Below, one piece after another: positions 13,753-26,447 of a stretch of DNA of 64,000 nucleotides. The stretch covers positions 87,746,630 to 87,810,629 of the forward strand of contig NC_068987.1 of the NCBI RefSeq assembly GCF_001194135.2. The letters are read 5' to 3'. Made by a program: the position numbers and the translations under genes. Source of the DNA: Octopus bimaculoides. Its lineage: Eukaryota. Numbering within the stretch: the first letter of the stretch is position 1; every line of letters begins with the position of its first letter. A model generated the notes under the pieces. That model was not told the origin of the DNA and searched no databases. It worked only from the letters and a program-made list of their open reading frames with translations.

Positions 13753-15746
13753 ATGTCATTGGAAATCAATCTATCATTATTGAAGACAAAATTCCATCCA
13801 ATCTACAAAAACATGGAAAAGTAGAGGTTAAAATGATGGTGATGATATTAAAGTGTATGGGAGGCTTTGCTAATACCCATGACATTTTTGCCAAAGTTCT
13901 CAAGCATGAAAGACCACTGAGGCATGATGTACTGCAACAAATCTGCAATAGATCTGGTTCTACAGAGACTATGCCAGTGGCTAGAATCCTAACAGGCTGA
14001 AGATGATGGAAAGTGTTGTTGTTTATAGCCATTTCCAATGCTTTTGAGATGGTGAAGGTGAATGGAATACAAGGTATGATGTTTTCACAAAGTAAGTACA
14101 GGTGTGCTAAGAAGTTTGCTTCCCAACCACATGGTTTCAAGCGTCTTCTACTATGGTGCCAGGCTGATTGAATCCTTGTCAGGGAATCTGGTAGATAGAA
14201 ACTGAAAGAAGCCCATCATGTGCGTGTGTCGTTGCCATGACAGTGAGTGGGTGTCACTGTCATGCCTAATGAGGTCCTTTGTTTCTGATGTTCCATGAAA
14301 ACATGGAGAAATATTACCTTGCTTCGAAACAAGTGAAGGTCAACAACAGGAAGGGCATTCGGTTGTAGAAAATCTGCCTCAATGAATACCCTACAACTGG
14401 TAAAGGTGCTTTTTACATGGCACCAGCATCCACGAGCCTGCAAGATTAGGAAAGCACAGCTGGAGAGGGATGTAGGGGACGTGCCTCTATGCAAAGAAGC
14501 ACAGCAAACCACCAAGGGTCTCAGTCCCCTGTTATCCCCTCTATTGGGCCCAACATCTGAAGATCCTTTCTCACTACTTCATCCCGTCTTCCTCGGTCTA
14601 CCCCTTCCATATGTTCTCACCACAATTAGAAACTGGCATATCTTGATGTAACTGTAGTGTACAGTCAGCTCTCTTGCACAATACATCTGATGCCTCGTTT
14701 ACCTGACGACTTCCCTCAATATATTTCACATTAATTTTACAGTAGCAAGAAGCAGCAAACAGGACAAAATACTCAGCCCTATTTTTCTGGATCTACATTC
14801 CAAGTTCAAATTCCACCAAAGTAGATTTTACTTTTCATCCTTTTGGGATCAATAAAATAAGTACCAATTGAGTATTGGAATCTGTGTAATTGGCTTAATC
14901 CTCCCTATAAAATTGCTTGTGACAAAATTAGAATTTTACAACAGGAACTGCATAATAAAATCCTAAATTTTATGAGCATCTCATAGTAAATTAAACAGAA
15001 ATGATTTTAACTAGATCGTTTTGTCAAAACTAAATCTGTTCTCTTATGCCATAATGGGGAGAAGTCTTCTAGCTACGATGAATAGAAATTGAATTCAAGA
15101 TTTAACATTGACACATATATTGATAGTAGAACACTAATATTTACAGGAAGCTGATTAAATTTCTTTGTATCATATTTGTACTGTTCAGTCTTTTGCCTAT
15201 AAGGCAAACAACTGTTTTACTAAATTCAAACATTTGCATACCATTATAAAAATGAGAAAGAAAACTTGTACCTTGATTTTGTTTTCTTTCTTTTTCTATT
15301 TTTTTTTGTTGTTTGTTATTTCAATGAGTGTTATGTTAATTAGTGAGGGAAAGGAAGCTCTTCCAAATTAGTCTGCAACTCTGAATTTCAGAACAGAAAA
15401 AAAAAATGCTGTTTAGACTGACCACCATGTTAAATGGGAATGACGATGCAAGTTTTCATATCTGCTATGTGTATACACACACACACACACAGTAGTAAGA
15501 CAGGTAGGATGGAGAGTTTTGCTGTGGGTAGAGTTGGAAAGAGAACAGGTAGCAAACATAATGGCTTCTATGAAGAGGAGTGATATTTTACTAAGCCATC
15601 TTGGTTGAAAAGTAATACAAAAGAATTCTACAAAGTTTCTAAAGACTCTTGGCAAAGGAACAGAAGATTCCATGCATTCCTGTGTAAAGAAGAAGTTTAC
15701 CTCCCAACCACTTGGTTCTGAGTTCAATCCTATAGTGTGGTAATTT

Positions 15747-16150
15747 GGCGCAGGCGTGGCTGCGTAGTGAAATGCTTGCTCCCCTACATGGTTCTGGGTT
15801 CAGTCCCACTGCGTGGCACCTTGGGCAAGTGTCTTCTACTATAGTTTCAGGCTGACCAAAGCCTTGTAAGTGGATTCGGTAGACGGAGACTAAAAGCCCA
15901 TTGAGGATATATATGTGTGTGTGTGTGTGTGTGGTGTGCATATGTGTGTCTGTGTTAGTCCCCCTACCATCGCTTGACAACCGATGTTGATGTGTTTATG
16001 TCCCCCATAACTTAGCTGTTTGGCAAAAAAAAACTGATAGAATAAGTACTAGGCTTGCAAAGAATAAGTCCTGGGGTCAATTTGTTCAACTAAAGGCAGT
16101 GCTCCAGCATGGCTGCAGTCAAATGACTGACAGAAGAATAAAAGAATAAA
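15747..16150 (+). mobile_element. SINE family A1
   Basis: Complete head GGCGCAGGCGTGGCTG..., microsatellite and tail. Confidence 0.85.
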
Positions 16151-16263
16151 ATGTCTTACTATAACCCTGGGCCAACTTGTGAGTAGATTTGGTACACAGG
16201 AACTGAATGAAGCCCATCATGTGTCTGTATGCGTAAGTAACATGATTTATACAAGAGTAAATA

Positions 16264-16301
<38 letters not shown>

Positions 16302-16524
16302 ATGAATTGATGTTTCCTTGTCTATTGTAGAAAGTGTCCTCTTCATACGAGAATGTTGTTTGTTTCCAGTCTTCCATAGAAAACATGCCTAGTTAAAGTA
16401 ATTACCTTGCTTGGAAACAGATGAAGTTTGGTGATAGGGATAGCATCCCGTTGTAGGAAAATCTGCCACAACAAATTCCATCCAACCCATGCAAGCAAGG
16501 AAAAGCATACAATAACAATGATGA
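16150..16524 (+). mobile_element. SINE family A2, 5'-truncated
   Basis: Body and A2 tail directly following the previous copy. Confidence 0.65.
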
Positions 16525-16741
16525 CAAAGTTAATAAAACAGAAAATTCCTGCAACAAACAACTCAGGCATCCAAGAACTAAATGAGGATATTAAACATGG
16601 CAGTGTGTTAGGCTGCCATCTTTGGACAGGCAATATCAACAATTTAACTTTCCTTTGCAAAAATGTTTGGGATCAAGCTATTGGTTATTCAAACAGAATA
16701 TTTTCATTTTCCTCATTCATTTTTCATGATTTAGGGCAATA

Positions 16742-17165
16742 CAGGTGAGCTGGCAGAATCGTTAGCACATCAGGTGAAATGCTTAGCGGTATTTTATCTG
16801 TCTTTATGTGCTGAGTTCTAATTCTGCCGAAGTCGACTTTGCCTTTCATCCTTTTGGGGTTGATAAATTAAGCACCAGTTGCACACTGGGGTCGATCTAA
16901 TTGACTGGCCCCCTCCCCAAAAGTTTTTGGGCCTTGTACCTAGAGTAGAAAAGAATAATAAACATACACGAGGGCGGCAAGCTGGACGAAATACTTAGCG
17001 GTATTTTGTGTCTTTGCATTCTGAGTTCAAATTCTGCCGAGGTCGATTTTGCCTTTCATCCTTTCAGGGTTGATTAAATAAGTACCAGTTACGCACTGAG
17101 GTCAAGATAATCAACTTAATCTGTTTGTCTGTCCTTGTTTAACCCCCTGTGGGCAATAAAGAAAT
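16742..17165 (+). mobile_element. Two tandem SINE family B copies
   Basis: Heads at about 16742 and 16972, each with the core TTTCATCCTTT..GGGTTGAT.AA.TAAG.ACCAG. Confidence 0.8.
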
Positions 17166-17335
17166 AAAATACAGTTGGTTCAAATCTGAGTGTCTCTATA
17201 ACAATGCTTTCCATTCTGAACAGCTAAGTAATAAGCAGTTAGGAACAGGATGTGGAAGTCTGAGAAATCTAAAGAAAATGTCATCTTGAAAGACACAAGA
17301 AAGAAACCCAGGATATATCTTATTTTATAGCCAAT

Positions 17336-17736
17336 GACTAGTTTCAGTCATTGGACTGTGGCCATGCTGGGGCATCACCTTGAAGCGTTTAGTTGAACAA
17401 ATCAATCCCAGTACTTATTTTAGACTAGCACTTATTCTACTGATCCCTTTTGCCAAACTGCTAAGTTATAGGATGTAAACAAACCAACACTAGTTGTCAA
17501 GTGGTAGGAGGGGACAAACACACACATGAATACACACACACACACATGTGCACATGCATACACACAAGCACAGGATGGCTTCCACACAGTTTCTGCTAAC
17601 CAAATTCTCTCACAAGGTGTTGATTGGCCCAGGTCTGTAGTAGCAGACACTTGTTCAAGGTATTGTGCAATGGGACCGAACCTAAAACAATGTGGTTGTA
17701 AAGTGAGCTTCTTAACCACAAAGCCAAGCCTACACC
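17336..17736 (-). mobile_element. SINE family A1
   Basis: Full reverse-oriented copy. Confidence 0.8.
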
Positions 17737-18074
17737 TTCAGAGAAACAGATGTGTGAGATCCAATGTCAGAACAAGCAGTTAACCATATATATCATATTT
17801 GGTTGGAATCTAGTTTCCACATACAAACAAACTCTCTACCTGGTCACTACAACTACTCAAATCATCAACTAAATCTCCATGGATTCCCACCTTACCAACT
17901 TAAAAGAAGGACACTACTTAATGCAGTCCTAGATGCATTAGATCTCGAAAAGAATAAAGGGGTGGGGCAGTCACAGCTGGAAACACAATTTAATTTAATC
18001 TTAAATCAGACCTAACCCATGCTTAACAATTACAGCTCTTTGCCAATGCAAAAAAGAAAAAAATTATACACATA

Positions 18075-18522
18075 GGTGCAGGTGTGGCTGTGTGGTAAAT
18101 AGCTTGCTTACCAACCACATGGTTCCAAGTTCAGTCCCACTGTGTGGCACTTTGGGCAAATGTCTTCAACTATAGCCTCGGGCCAACCAAAGCTTTGTGA
18201 GTAGATTTGGTAGACTGAAACTGAAAGAAGCCTGTTATGTGTGTGTGTGCATGTGTGTGTATGCTTGTGTGTGTGTATGCTTGTGTGTGTGTGTGTGTGT
18301 GTGTGTATGCTTGTGTGTGTGTATGCTTGTGTGTGTGTATGCTTGTGTGTGTTTGTCCCCCTACTATCGCTTGACAACCAATGTTGGTGTGTTTATGACC
18401 CCATAACTGAGCGGTTCACCAAAAGAGACCAATAGAATAAGTCCTGAGGTTGATTAGTTCGACTAGAGGCGGTGCTCCAGCATGGCCAAAGTCAAACAAC
18501 TGAAACAAATCAAAGAATAAAA
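18075..18522 (+). mobile_element. SINE family A1
   Basis: Full copy with a GTGTGTATGCTT internal satellite. Confidence 0.85.
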
Positions 18523-19753
18523 CATTAAAGAAATACAAGATTGTATCTCAGAGAAGATTGGCAAGAAAGGACCGGACAGAAGAAGATGGGAAAAGATTAG
18601 AGTAATTGGAAAGGAATACATCAACAGCAACAAGTGAATGCATCAGAGAGAATTCGAGACATGCCAAAGAGTTAAAAAACAGTAAAAATAAAGTTCTGGT
18701 GAAAAAGAGTTAATGAACAGAACACAGAAGTGAACATAAAAAGATGTTGATAACATCTGTCACTAATAATCATTCTTTTAATAATATGTCCACTGTCTAT
18801 TCAGGACAGCAGAGCCTGATTAGGAACTGAGATTCTATGTATATCGGTAGGGAGATATTGCAGCTATCTCCAGCAGTCGAGTGTTCACCACTGATGGGGC
18901 CAGGGAAGGCCGAAATCATGTGATCAGGTGGTGATGGTGGCAAGTGATTTTTCTATCGCTGGCAATGTAAACGAGAATTCATATGCACCAAAAGCCCATA
19001 TGGGAGGAGAGGGTTCCCCTCATAGTAACTATCGCAGTATAGTGTATTCTAACACAACATTCACTTTTAAGTGGGGAAAATACTACCTTTTGGTATTAAA
19101 AATGCTTCTGTTGCTAATAATTATCTAAAAGATGCTTGTTCTTCATTCACCTTTCATAAATGTTGCTTTGGCCAGGAGGAATTTAGGCCAACAGTTGGTA
19201 CCCAACAATCACTGGGTGTTTCAGCCTTGAACTTTAATGCCTGCCCGTTGGTGGGTCAGCAATGGTGGCCAAATCACTGTTTACCATCTCCTCCTGGCTT
19301 TCAACTTAATTCCTCCCCCTTGCTCTGTTTCTGCTGCCACTTCAATCGTGTAAGCAGCTGTCTTTTGCTCTTTTCTTCTTATTCCAAAAATGGTAGCTGT
19401 ACACAGGATGGGAGAAATTTAATAAATACAACACAAGAGTAAACATAAATAGAGGTTGTTCAAAGAACTGCAAATATGATTAATCTATTATTTGTTTGAG
19501 ATAATGGTCAATCAATTTTAGTTCAAGACATTCTGAATGTCACCTGAAAATGTTACTGAAGAATCTTAATCACACGTCAGTCAATATTCAAACGGTACTC
19601 GTAAGATCAGTAGAAATGGAAAGATGGCAGTGTATGTCAGCATGACCTGGTAATGAGTTTTACCAAAAAAAAAAGATTTGATCACAGCGTAAGACATAGA
19701 AAACAGCTCTTCTTCCTTACAACGGAATACAACTTATATAAAAAGATTAAGTA

Positions 19754-20280
19754 TTAACCCCTTAAAGGGTGAGAAAGGTTTGCATTGAATGCCTGTACCA
19801 AACAAGCAAGAAACAAAAAAATATCTTAAGGATAGGTTTTATACTTATTTTCACTTTAGATAGGTACAAAAACCATGAAAAGGATATTTTAACTCTTCGA
19901 TTATAAAAATAAAGACGAAAGGGCAATAAAAGAACTGTTAAGTTCCTAAATTTAATGTTTTTTTAATAAATTGGAGAGAAATCGGTTTACTATCTTCATC
20001 CAAAGTTAGTAGTAGAAGTATCATTTTCTTCTGTGCTATCTAAAGCATCATCATCGTCATCTGCTTCATTTGATGATGAAGGAAATCCCGAAAAAACTTC
20101 ATTGCCACTTGATCTCTCCCATCAATAAGGACCACTTACGCTTAGGTGTATTCGACAAAGTAGAAGCTCAGGTGTCAATTGATGATGGCCGTATCCACAT
20201 AAAATTTTTGAAACATCAGTTTATGATGTTCACTTCTCTAATGAAACATCAATTGATGAGGTCTACCATTTAAGGGTTAA
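19754..20280 (-). mobile_element. Internally deleted piggyBac-like element
   Basis: TTAA at both ends with CCCTTAAA(G/T)GGT inverted termini. The minus-strand acidic peptide DGERSSGNEVFSGFPSSSNEADDDDALDSTEE resembles a piggyBac transposase N-terminus. Confidence 0.45.
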
Positions 20281-20649
20281 TGCCTATTACAAGGCATTTT
20301 ATATTCATGTCATCTTACTTCAAAGAGGAGAAAATTTCACTAACTGAAAGGAACTTAAATAATAAATTAAGTTTCAACATTTTGAGGAGAAATTTATTCA
20401 AGAGCCTTTCAGTTTGTGAATTTAAATACTTCACTCCTGTCCTGAGATTTAGTTCAAAACCTGCTACACACATTGTGATGTATCATGATCAAAGACCATA
20501 ACTCTGCTTAACTGTCAAGATGGTGAATAAATTCAGTTCATAATTCATGAATGCTTCTCATTTAGGAGATCTAATAGAAAAATTGATTTTTCTCCAACAA
20601 AACTATCCCTCCCAGGTTCAGTAAAGTGAGAGACAGGCATGAGCTCCCA

Positions 20650-21051
20650 TGAGCACACATAAAAATAAACTGAGCACGTATTTTTGTCAATATAATTGCA
20701 ATGCCAAACACAGTTATTTCAACTGTCATAAATTTGTTACAGACATTATTACAGAAATAATCCATGAGCATAAAAGATAGATAGCAGTCATGGTCAAACT
20801 GCAGGTCACATGTGGCGGCCTCTTTTGGGCTTCTGAATGGAACACCTAATTTCACATCTCTTTACTCTTTTACTTGTTTCAGTCATTTGACTGTGACCAT
20901 GCTGGAGCACCACCTTTAGTCGAGCAAATCGACCCCAGGACTTATTCTTTGGAAGCCTGGTACTTATTCTATCGGTCTCTTCTGCCGAACCGCTAAGTTA
21001 CGGGGACGTAAACACACCAGCATCAGTTGTCAAGCGATGTTGGGGGGACAA

Positions 21052-21109
<58 letters not shown>

Positions 21110-21600
21110 CGGGCTTCTTTCAGTTTCCGTCTACCAAATTTACTCACAAAGCTTTGGTCGGCCCAAGGCTATAGTAGAAGACACTTGCCCAAGGTACCAC
21201 ACAGTGGGACTGAACCCGGAACCATGTGGTTTGTAAGCAAGCTACTTACCACACAGCCACTCATAGAATCAATAAAGTAATCATTCCTCTCAGAAAGCCA
21301 TATTCCATGCATCCTTGTTGTGACAGTGGTATGGCATCATTAAACTGGGAACCATGTGAAAACAAGTTACTGGTGCTACATGTGTTCAAATTACACACCC
21401 AAAATCTATTATGTCTACTCCAGTGTCCAATGACTACAGGTTGCCCTAGCCTCTGTGTCTACGGCAAGCTGAAGTAAAAAATCAATCACTGCATTATCTC
21501 CTTTGATTTGCTTGGTTCTTCCAGTCTGACAATATCCTGCTTATTAGAATATGTGACTTGATGTCATCCTGATGCAGACATCAAGAAAAAAGGAGGGTTA
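20650..21600 (-). pseudogene. Decayed hAT (GTF2IRD2/Charlie-like) transposase, C-terminal part, split by a SINE
   Basis: Multi-stop fragments (DFLLQLAVDT, VPFRSPKEAATCDLQ, TVFG) and a ~35-nt motif shared with the hATC-like end of the relic at 22400. The match is weak and was made by eye. Confidence 0.35.
20860..21261 (-). mobile_element. SINE family A1, young (CpG-intact)
   Basis: Near-consensus copy with an internal (TA)n. Confidence 0.88.
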
Positions 21601-21869
21601 AAAAGCACTCCCTGTAGGATACCAGTAATTAATGTAAGACCAATGAAGCTATCTCTTTTTATATAGTATTTTGAGACCAATAGCAGCACATATCTAATCC
21701 ATGACTAAGTCACAGCAATGAAACTCTACCCTTCACCCTATTTTGTAGAGGAGTAAAAAAAAAGAATGGTTATTTCAAGGAGTATTTATGAGACAAGAAA
21801 ACATTTTAAAATACATTTTGTTTAGACTTTTAAAAACAGTTTTTAGTTACAAATCTCATGTATAAAAAC

Positions 21870-22200
21870 TTATGTAATCATGCTGTTGTTGTTCTTGTTT
21901 GTTCCTTCTCAAGACATGCCTGGCTCATAAGGGCTGGTTTCCTGGTTTCATTGGAGTATAGGTTCCCCACCTGGATGGGATGCCAGTCCATCTCAAGTGA
22001 GCTGCTAGATGCAGGAGGAAAGAGTGAGAGAAAGTTGTGGCAAAAAGAGTCAGCAGAAGTTTGCCATTACCTTCTGCCAGAGCCATGTAGAGCATAGGTG
22101 TTTCATTCATAAACACACACATTGCCCAGTCTGAGGTTTGAACCCACAAACCCTCGACCATGAGTCCCCTGCTCTAACCACTAGGCCATGTGCCTCCACT
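21870..22200 (-). mobile_element. tRNA-headed SINE related to family E, with a different tail
   Basis: Head GGAGGCACATGGCCTAGTGGTTAGAGC...; body GAGAGAAAGTTGTGG shared with family E. Confidence 0.6.
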
Positions 22201-22399
22201 ATGTAATCCTACTTTCTTTTGTTTTTTAAATGTGATGGTTTGGAAGTTGTAAGAGGTCAAGATATGTCCCCGTTTCATATAATAGATTAAATATTTTAAT
22301 TAAGGATAAATTTACAAGTTTTAATTAAATGAAGAATACTTGAACAGATTTTTTTTTTGTACATATATTTGGGAAAATTTAATAAATGAAATGAAAACA

Positions 22400-23250
22400 T
22401 TTTTGCAAATACAATGATGCCAAACAGTTATTTGCAACTGTCACAAATTAGTTACAAGCATAGCAGATACATTCTAAAGGGCATTCTCTGAAGCTGTAAA
22501 ACCTTTGAAGAATCTTCCTTTCACTCAGCACAGTAGTAAACCAGGTTACCATTTATATTCTTCAAAGACCTCTCTAATCTAGTGAGAGTTATGTACTCAA
22601 GACTTCATAATATTTATGGTAGGAACAACAACAAGCATAACATTTTCAAATTTTACAGAGAGCATAAGTTTTCTTGAAATATGCAATGAATTCTTGCATG
22701 TCACGGTTTACTAAATTCAAAGAAATTAATTCATCTTAATACGGACAGAAAACCTATCTTAGGCCCAATCATTACAGGGGTCCCCCATCTGTTGCTACAA
22801 TGACAAGACTTCCAAGTGGGAAATTCAACTTTGTTGTTGCTTTCTTCAATTCTTCATAAATGTTAGATCTTAAAATGTCTTTCATTGTCTGAAGAGCAAG
22901 TAATTCTTAGATAATATTCAAAGATTTATCAATACCACATATGAAAATTGCTGGTTGGTCCAAATCAGATATATCTTCCATTATCAATAGCCAGTGGAAA
23001 GGAATCAAGTTCTCTTATTTTTCCTGACAGTGTACCTTCAATATCTGCTGCAATTTCTTCAACCTGTCTTTAATAATACGGAACGTATCAAAGCAACAGC
23101 ATATGTTAATCACACTTTCATCAGTGTTTCTCTATTTCTAAGGCAGAGGTTTTTTCATATGGTCTTCAATAGTGAAAATGGGCCAACATACTTTCAATGA
23201 AAAATTGCTCTATATTGATATTTTGGGGAGGGTAGTGTGGCCCACCTTAT
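22400..23250 (-). pseudogene. Decayed hAT transposase (GTF2IRD2/SPIN/Charlie type)
   Basis: RQVEEIAADIEGTLSGKIRELDSFPLAID / DISDLDQPAIFICGID...ELLALQTMKD...IVATDGGP...HCIFQENLC, broken by frameshifts and stops. First two catalytic-D motifs and part of the C(2)H motif are recognisable. Confidence 0.8.
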
Positions 23251-23479
23251 GATTAGACAGATCTCCTGCAACCACTGATCAAAATCGGTTGCCAACGCCA
23301 GATATATTCGTTATGTAAGCTATAGAAAAATATTCTATGATAAAGCCAGCAGGAAAATTTGCCGAAGACACTTTCAGTGACAGACAATATACAATTTAAT
23401 TCCAGTTATAAAACAACATCTATAATCAAGAAAGTAACCTCTTTTTAAGGATGAAACATTTGTTTTTTTTATCCACTGT

Positions 23480-23975
23480 TTTTAATACAAATTAATACTG
23501 AACCAAATTCGATGACTGGCACCCGTACCAGTGGAGCGCTAACAGCACCATCCAAGCGGGATAACTGCCAGAGCAGCAGTCTGGCTTCCGTGCTGGTGGC
23601 ATGTAAAAAGAACCATTTGAGCGTGATCGTTACCAGCGTCGCCTTACTGGCACTTGTGCTGGTGGCATGCGAACAAAACATTCAAGTGAGGTTGTTGCCA
23701 GCGCTGCTGGACTGACTCCTGTGCAGATGGCACATAAAAACACCACTTGAGCGTGGCTGTTGCCAGTACTGCTAAACTGGCTTTCAAACCGGTGGCACAT
23801 AAAAGCACCCACTACACTCTCGGAGTGGTTGGCGTTAGGAAGGGCATCCAGCTGTAGAAACTCTGCCAGATCAGATTGGAGCCTGGTGCAGCCATCTGGT
23901 TCGCCAGTCCTCAGTCAAATCGTCCAACCCATGCTAGCATGGAAAGCGGACATTAAACGATGATGATGATGATGA
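23480..23975 (+). mobile_element. SINE-like family C with subrepeats
   Basis: Subrepeats followed by GGCGTTAGGAAGGGCATCCAGCTGTAG and a (GAT)n tail. Confidence 0.85.
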
Positions 23976-24508
23976 ATTTATTTTGTAGGAGTGAAAGAGT
24001 TTTAGATAACTATAGCCACTTAACTATATCTTTTCACTTCATCTCGAAGAGAATGACATCCACATCAATATATTAATATTTAAGTGTTATTTCCTTCCCA
24101 GACTTCAACTACTAGAAATACTCATAACGACTGTAATTTGCAAAAGGGAAATACACTGATTAAAAGAAGCAGCATTAAGTATATAAAAACAATGTTAAAC
24201 CAGGCTGTTTTAAAGCTATTCAATTGTACACGAAAGCTGCTCAATATATTTTATAAATGTTTCTTTCCGTAACTTTATACATACAACTCTCGATCTTTGA
24301 TCCTGTTCCAATGAAGCAAACACTTTTATAAACAAATTCATTCAAATGTTGTACTTTAAAAAAAAACAAAAAAAAACTTGTTTAATTTCAAAATATAATT
24401 ACATTACCGATTAAATATGTTAAGGGAAAAAAAAAAAAACTTGTAAAAAGCCAAGGAGAAAATCCAATGATCTAAGAAACTAAAAACTGATTAAACATTA
24501 ATACTTAC

Positions 24509-24566
24509 TCCACATAATAAACAACACCTTCTGGGGTAATACTCCATTCCCAGCCACTAGGGAGAT
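24509..24566 (-). CDS. PLEKHA7: PLEKHA5/6/7-like protein, coding exon 3 (first half of WW2)
   Basis: Acceptor atttatttttgcAG, 58 nt, phase 1 to phase 2, (D)LPSGWEWSITPEGVVYYV(D/E), donor GTAAGT. In frame with exon 2. Confidence 0.88.
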
Positions 24567-24687
24567 CTGCAAAAATAAATGGTAAACATAAAGAATTATA
24601 AAAAAAAAGAAATTAAAACCAAAGTTTTAGAATATAATCCACTACAAACTTTAAAGTTATTTCCTGTCTCAAGTGGATTCAACATAA

Positions 24688-24819
24688 ATTAATAGATGCT
24701 ACTTTAGTGTGCAGTCTACATGGCAGTCTGACCCTAACCCCTCGACCAGATCAGATCATTTCACAGCATAAGACTATCGATATAGCAATAGACTGCATGC
24801 TAAAGTAGCACCAATTAAT
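24688..24819. mobile_element. Small inverted-repeat element (MITE-like hairpin)
   Basis: GCTACTTTAGTGTGCAGTCTA / TAGACTGCATGCTAAAGTAGC arms with an internal CCCTAACCC. Confidence 0.55.
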
Positions 24820-24917
24820 ATATAATAAGTCTATGTCTATCTTGAGACATGATTTTTCTTTTTATTTTTCAATGTTTCTGTGAAACAAGATGTTAATTGC
24901 ATTGGTGTTTTTTTTTT

Positions 24918-25284
24918 CTTTTATTCTATTTCTTTTTGTTGGGCTGCAGCCATACTGGAGCACCATCTAGAATCTTTTTGTCAAACAAATCAATTCCAGT
25001 AGATTTCTTTTTTCATTTTTAAGTCTGGTACATATTCTGTCAGTCTAATTAGCTAAACTACTAAGTTACAGAGACATAAACAAACCAGCTATGATCATCA
25101 TGTAGTAGACACACATATACACACAAAGACACACAGTTTCCATCAATCAAATTCACTCACAAGGCATTGGTCATTGGTCATACCATAATTACAGTAGAAG
25201 ATACCTCAAGGTTCTGCACAGTGGGACTGAACCTGAAACTACTTGATCACAAAGCAGGCTTCTTAACCACACAGCCATGCCTGT
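24918..25284 (-). mobile_element. SINE family A1 (degenerate)
   Basis: Reverse-oriented copy. Confidence 0.7.
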
Positions 25285-25589
25285 GTAACAGCTGAGTGTG
25301 ACAGCTTGTAAAAACCGATTCAGAGTAAAGGAATGAAAATGTCAGGTTGTACTGAGTTTAATAAAAATGCTGGTGCCTCATAACAATCACCTAATACACT
25401 GTGCAGTGGTTGGCATGTTAGGAAGGGCATCCAGCTGTAGAAACCATGTCAAAACAGACAGCTGGATACTGGTGCAGCTCAGCTCTCCAGCTCTTCTCAA
25501 ACCATCTAACCCATGTCAGCATGAAAAACAGGCATTACATGATGGTGATTAAGATTCCCCTTAAACAAGATGCCAGTCCTTTGCGAGAT

Positions 25590-25787
25590 TCAAAGCCAGC
25601 AATTTTGAAGGGAGTAGGGAAGTTGATTACATCAATCCCAGTACTTCACTGGTACTTTATTTTATTGCCCCTGAAGAAATGTAAGGCAACATTCACCTGA
25701 GTGGGATTTGAACTCGGGACATAAGTGCCGGAAGAAATGCCACAGGGCATTCCTGTCTAGTGTGCTGACAATTCTGCCAGAAATTAG
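25590..25787 (-). mobile_element. SINE family B (degenerate)
   Basis: Reverse-oriented core and head. Confidence 0.6.
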
Positions 25788-26353
25788 GCCAGCAGTAAAT
25801 GATATTCAAGTTGAAGGTAAGATCATATCTTTAAAAATAAAACAAAAGGAGAGAGGAATGATAGATAAAATCAAATCAGGAGAAGCTACACACAGCACCT
25901 GTTTAAACTATAACGAGAGTAGTAGATACAGGTGATAGGTTGACTATTAACAACTAATTTTATATGAGAAGAAATAAAAACCTCCAAATGGAATTTATAA
26001 GCAAGACACAAAAATAAATAAAATATAAAGCTTTATGATTTTATATCTCTAAACAGATTGCAGAAACAGAAATAGACTATTTTCAATGTTCTTTAGAGCT
26101 TAAAAACTGAAATTAACACATAAAAATACTGAAATAAGTAAACAAAGAAATGTTTAAATATACAAGACACCTCAAGGAATAAATGAAAAATGCAGATAAA
26201 ACTAGACTGATAAGATATATGCTTCACAACCAGGTTGTAGATCTGGATTTTAATCCAAATGTACAACAGCATTTCGGACTTTTATTGCAGTCTGGGGTAG
26301 ATGAATGCCTTGTAAGAGAATGTAGATGGAAACTGTGTGGAGCCCATTGTATG

Positions 26354-26441
<88 letters not shown>

Positions 26442-26447
<6 letters not shown>

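Noticed and set aside
19071-19442. 123-aa plus-strand ORF
   Set aside because: It has no recognisable domain or splice signals and is probably a chance frame or decayed repeat.
24509-24566. WWOX as the identity of the 58-nt WW exon
   Set aside because: WWOX also has a 58-nt DLPxGWE exon. However, the upstream exons (WTYGVTADGRIFYI, a 77-nt exon 2, Met about 11 residues before WW1) fit PLEKHA5/6/7 and not WWOX.
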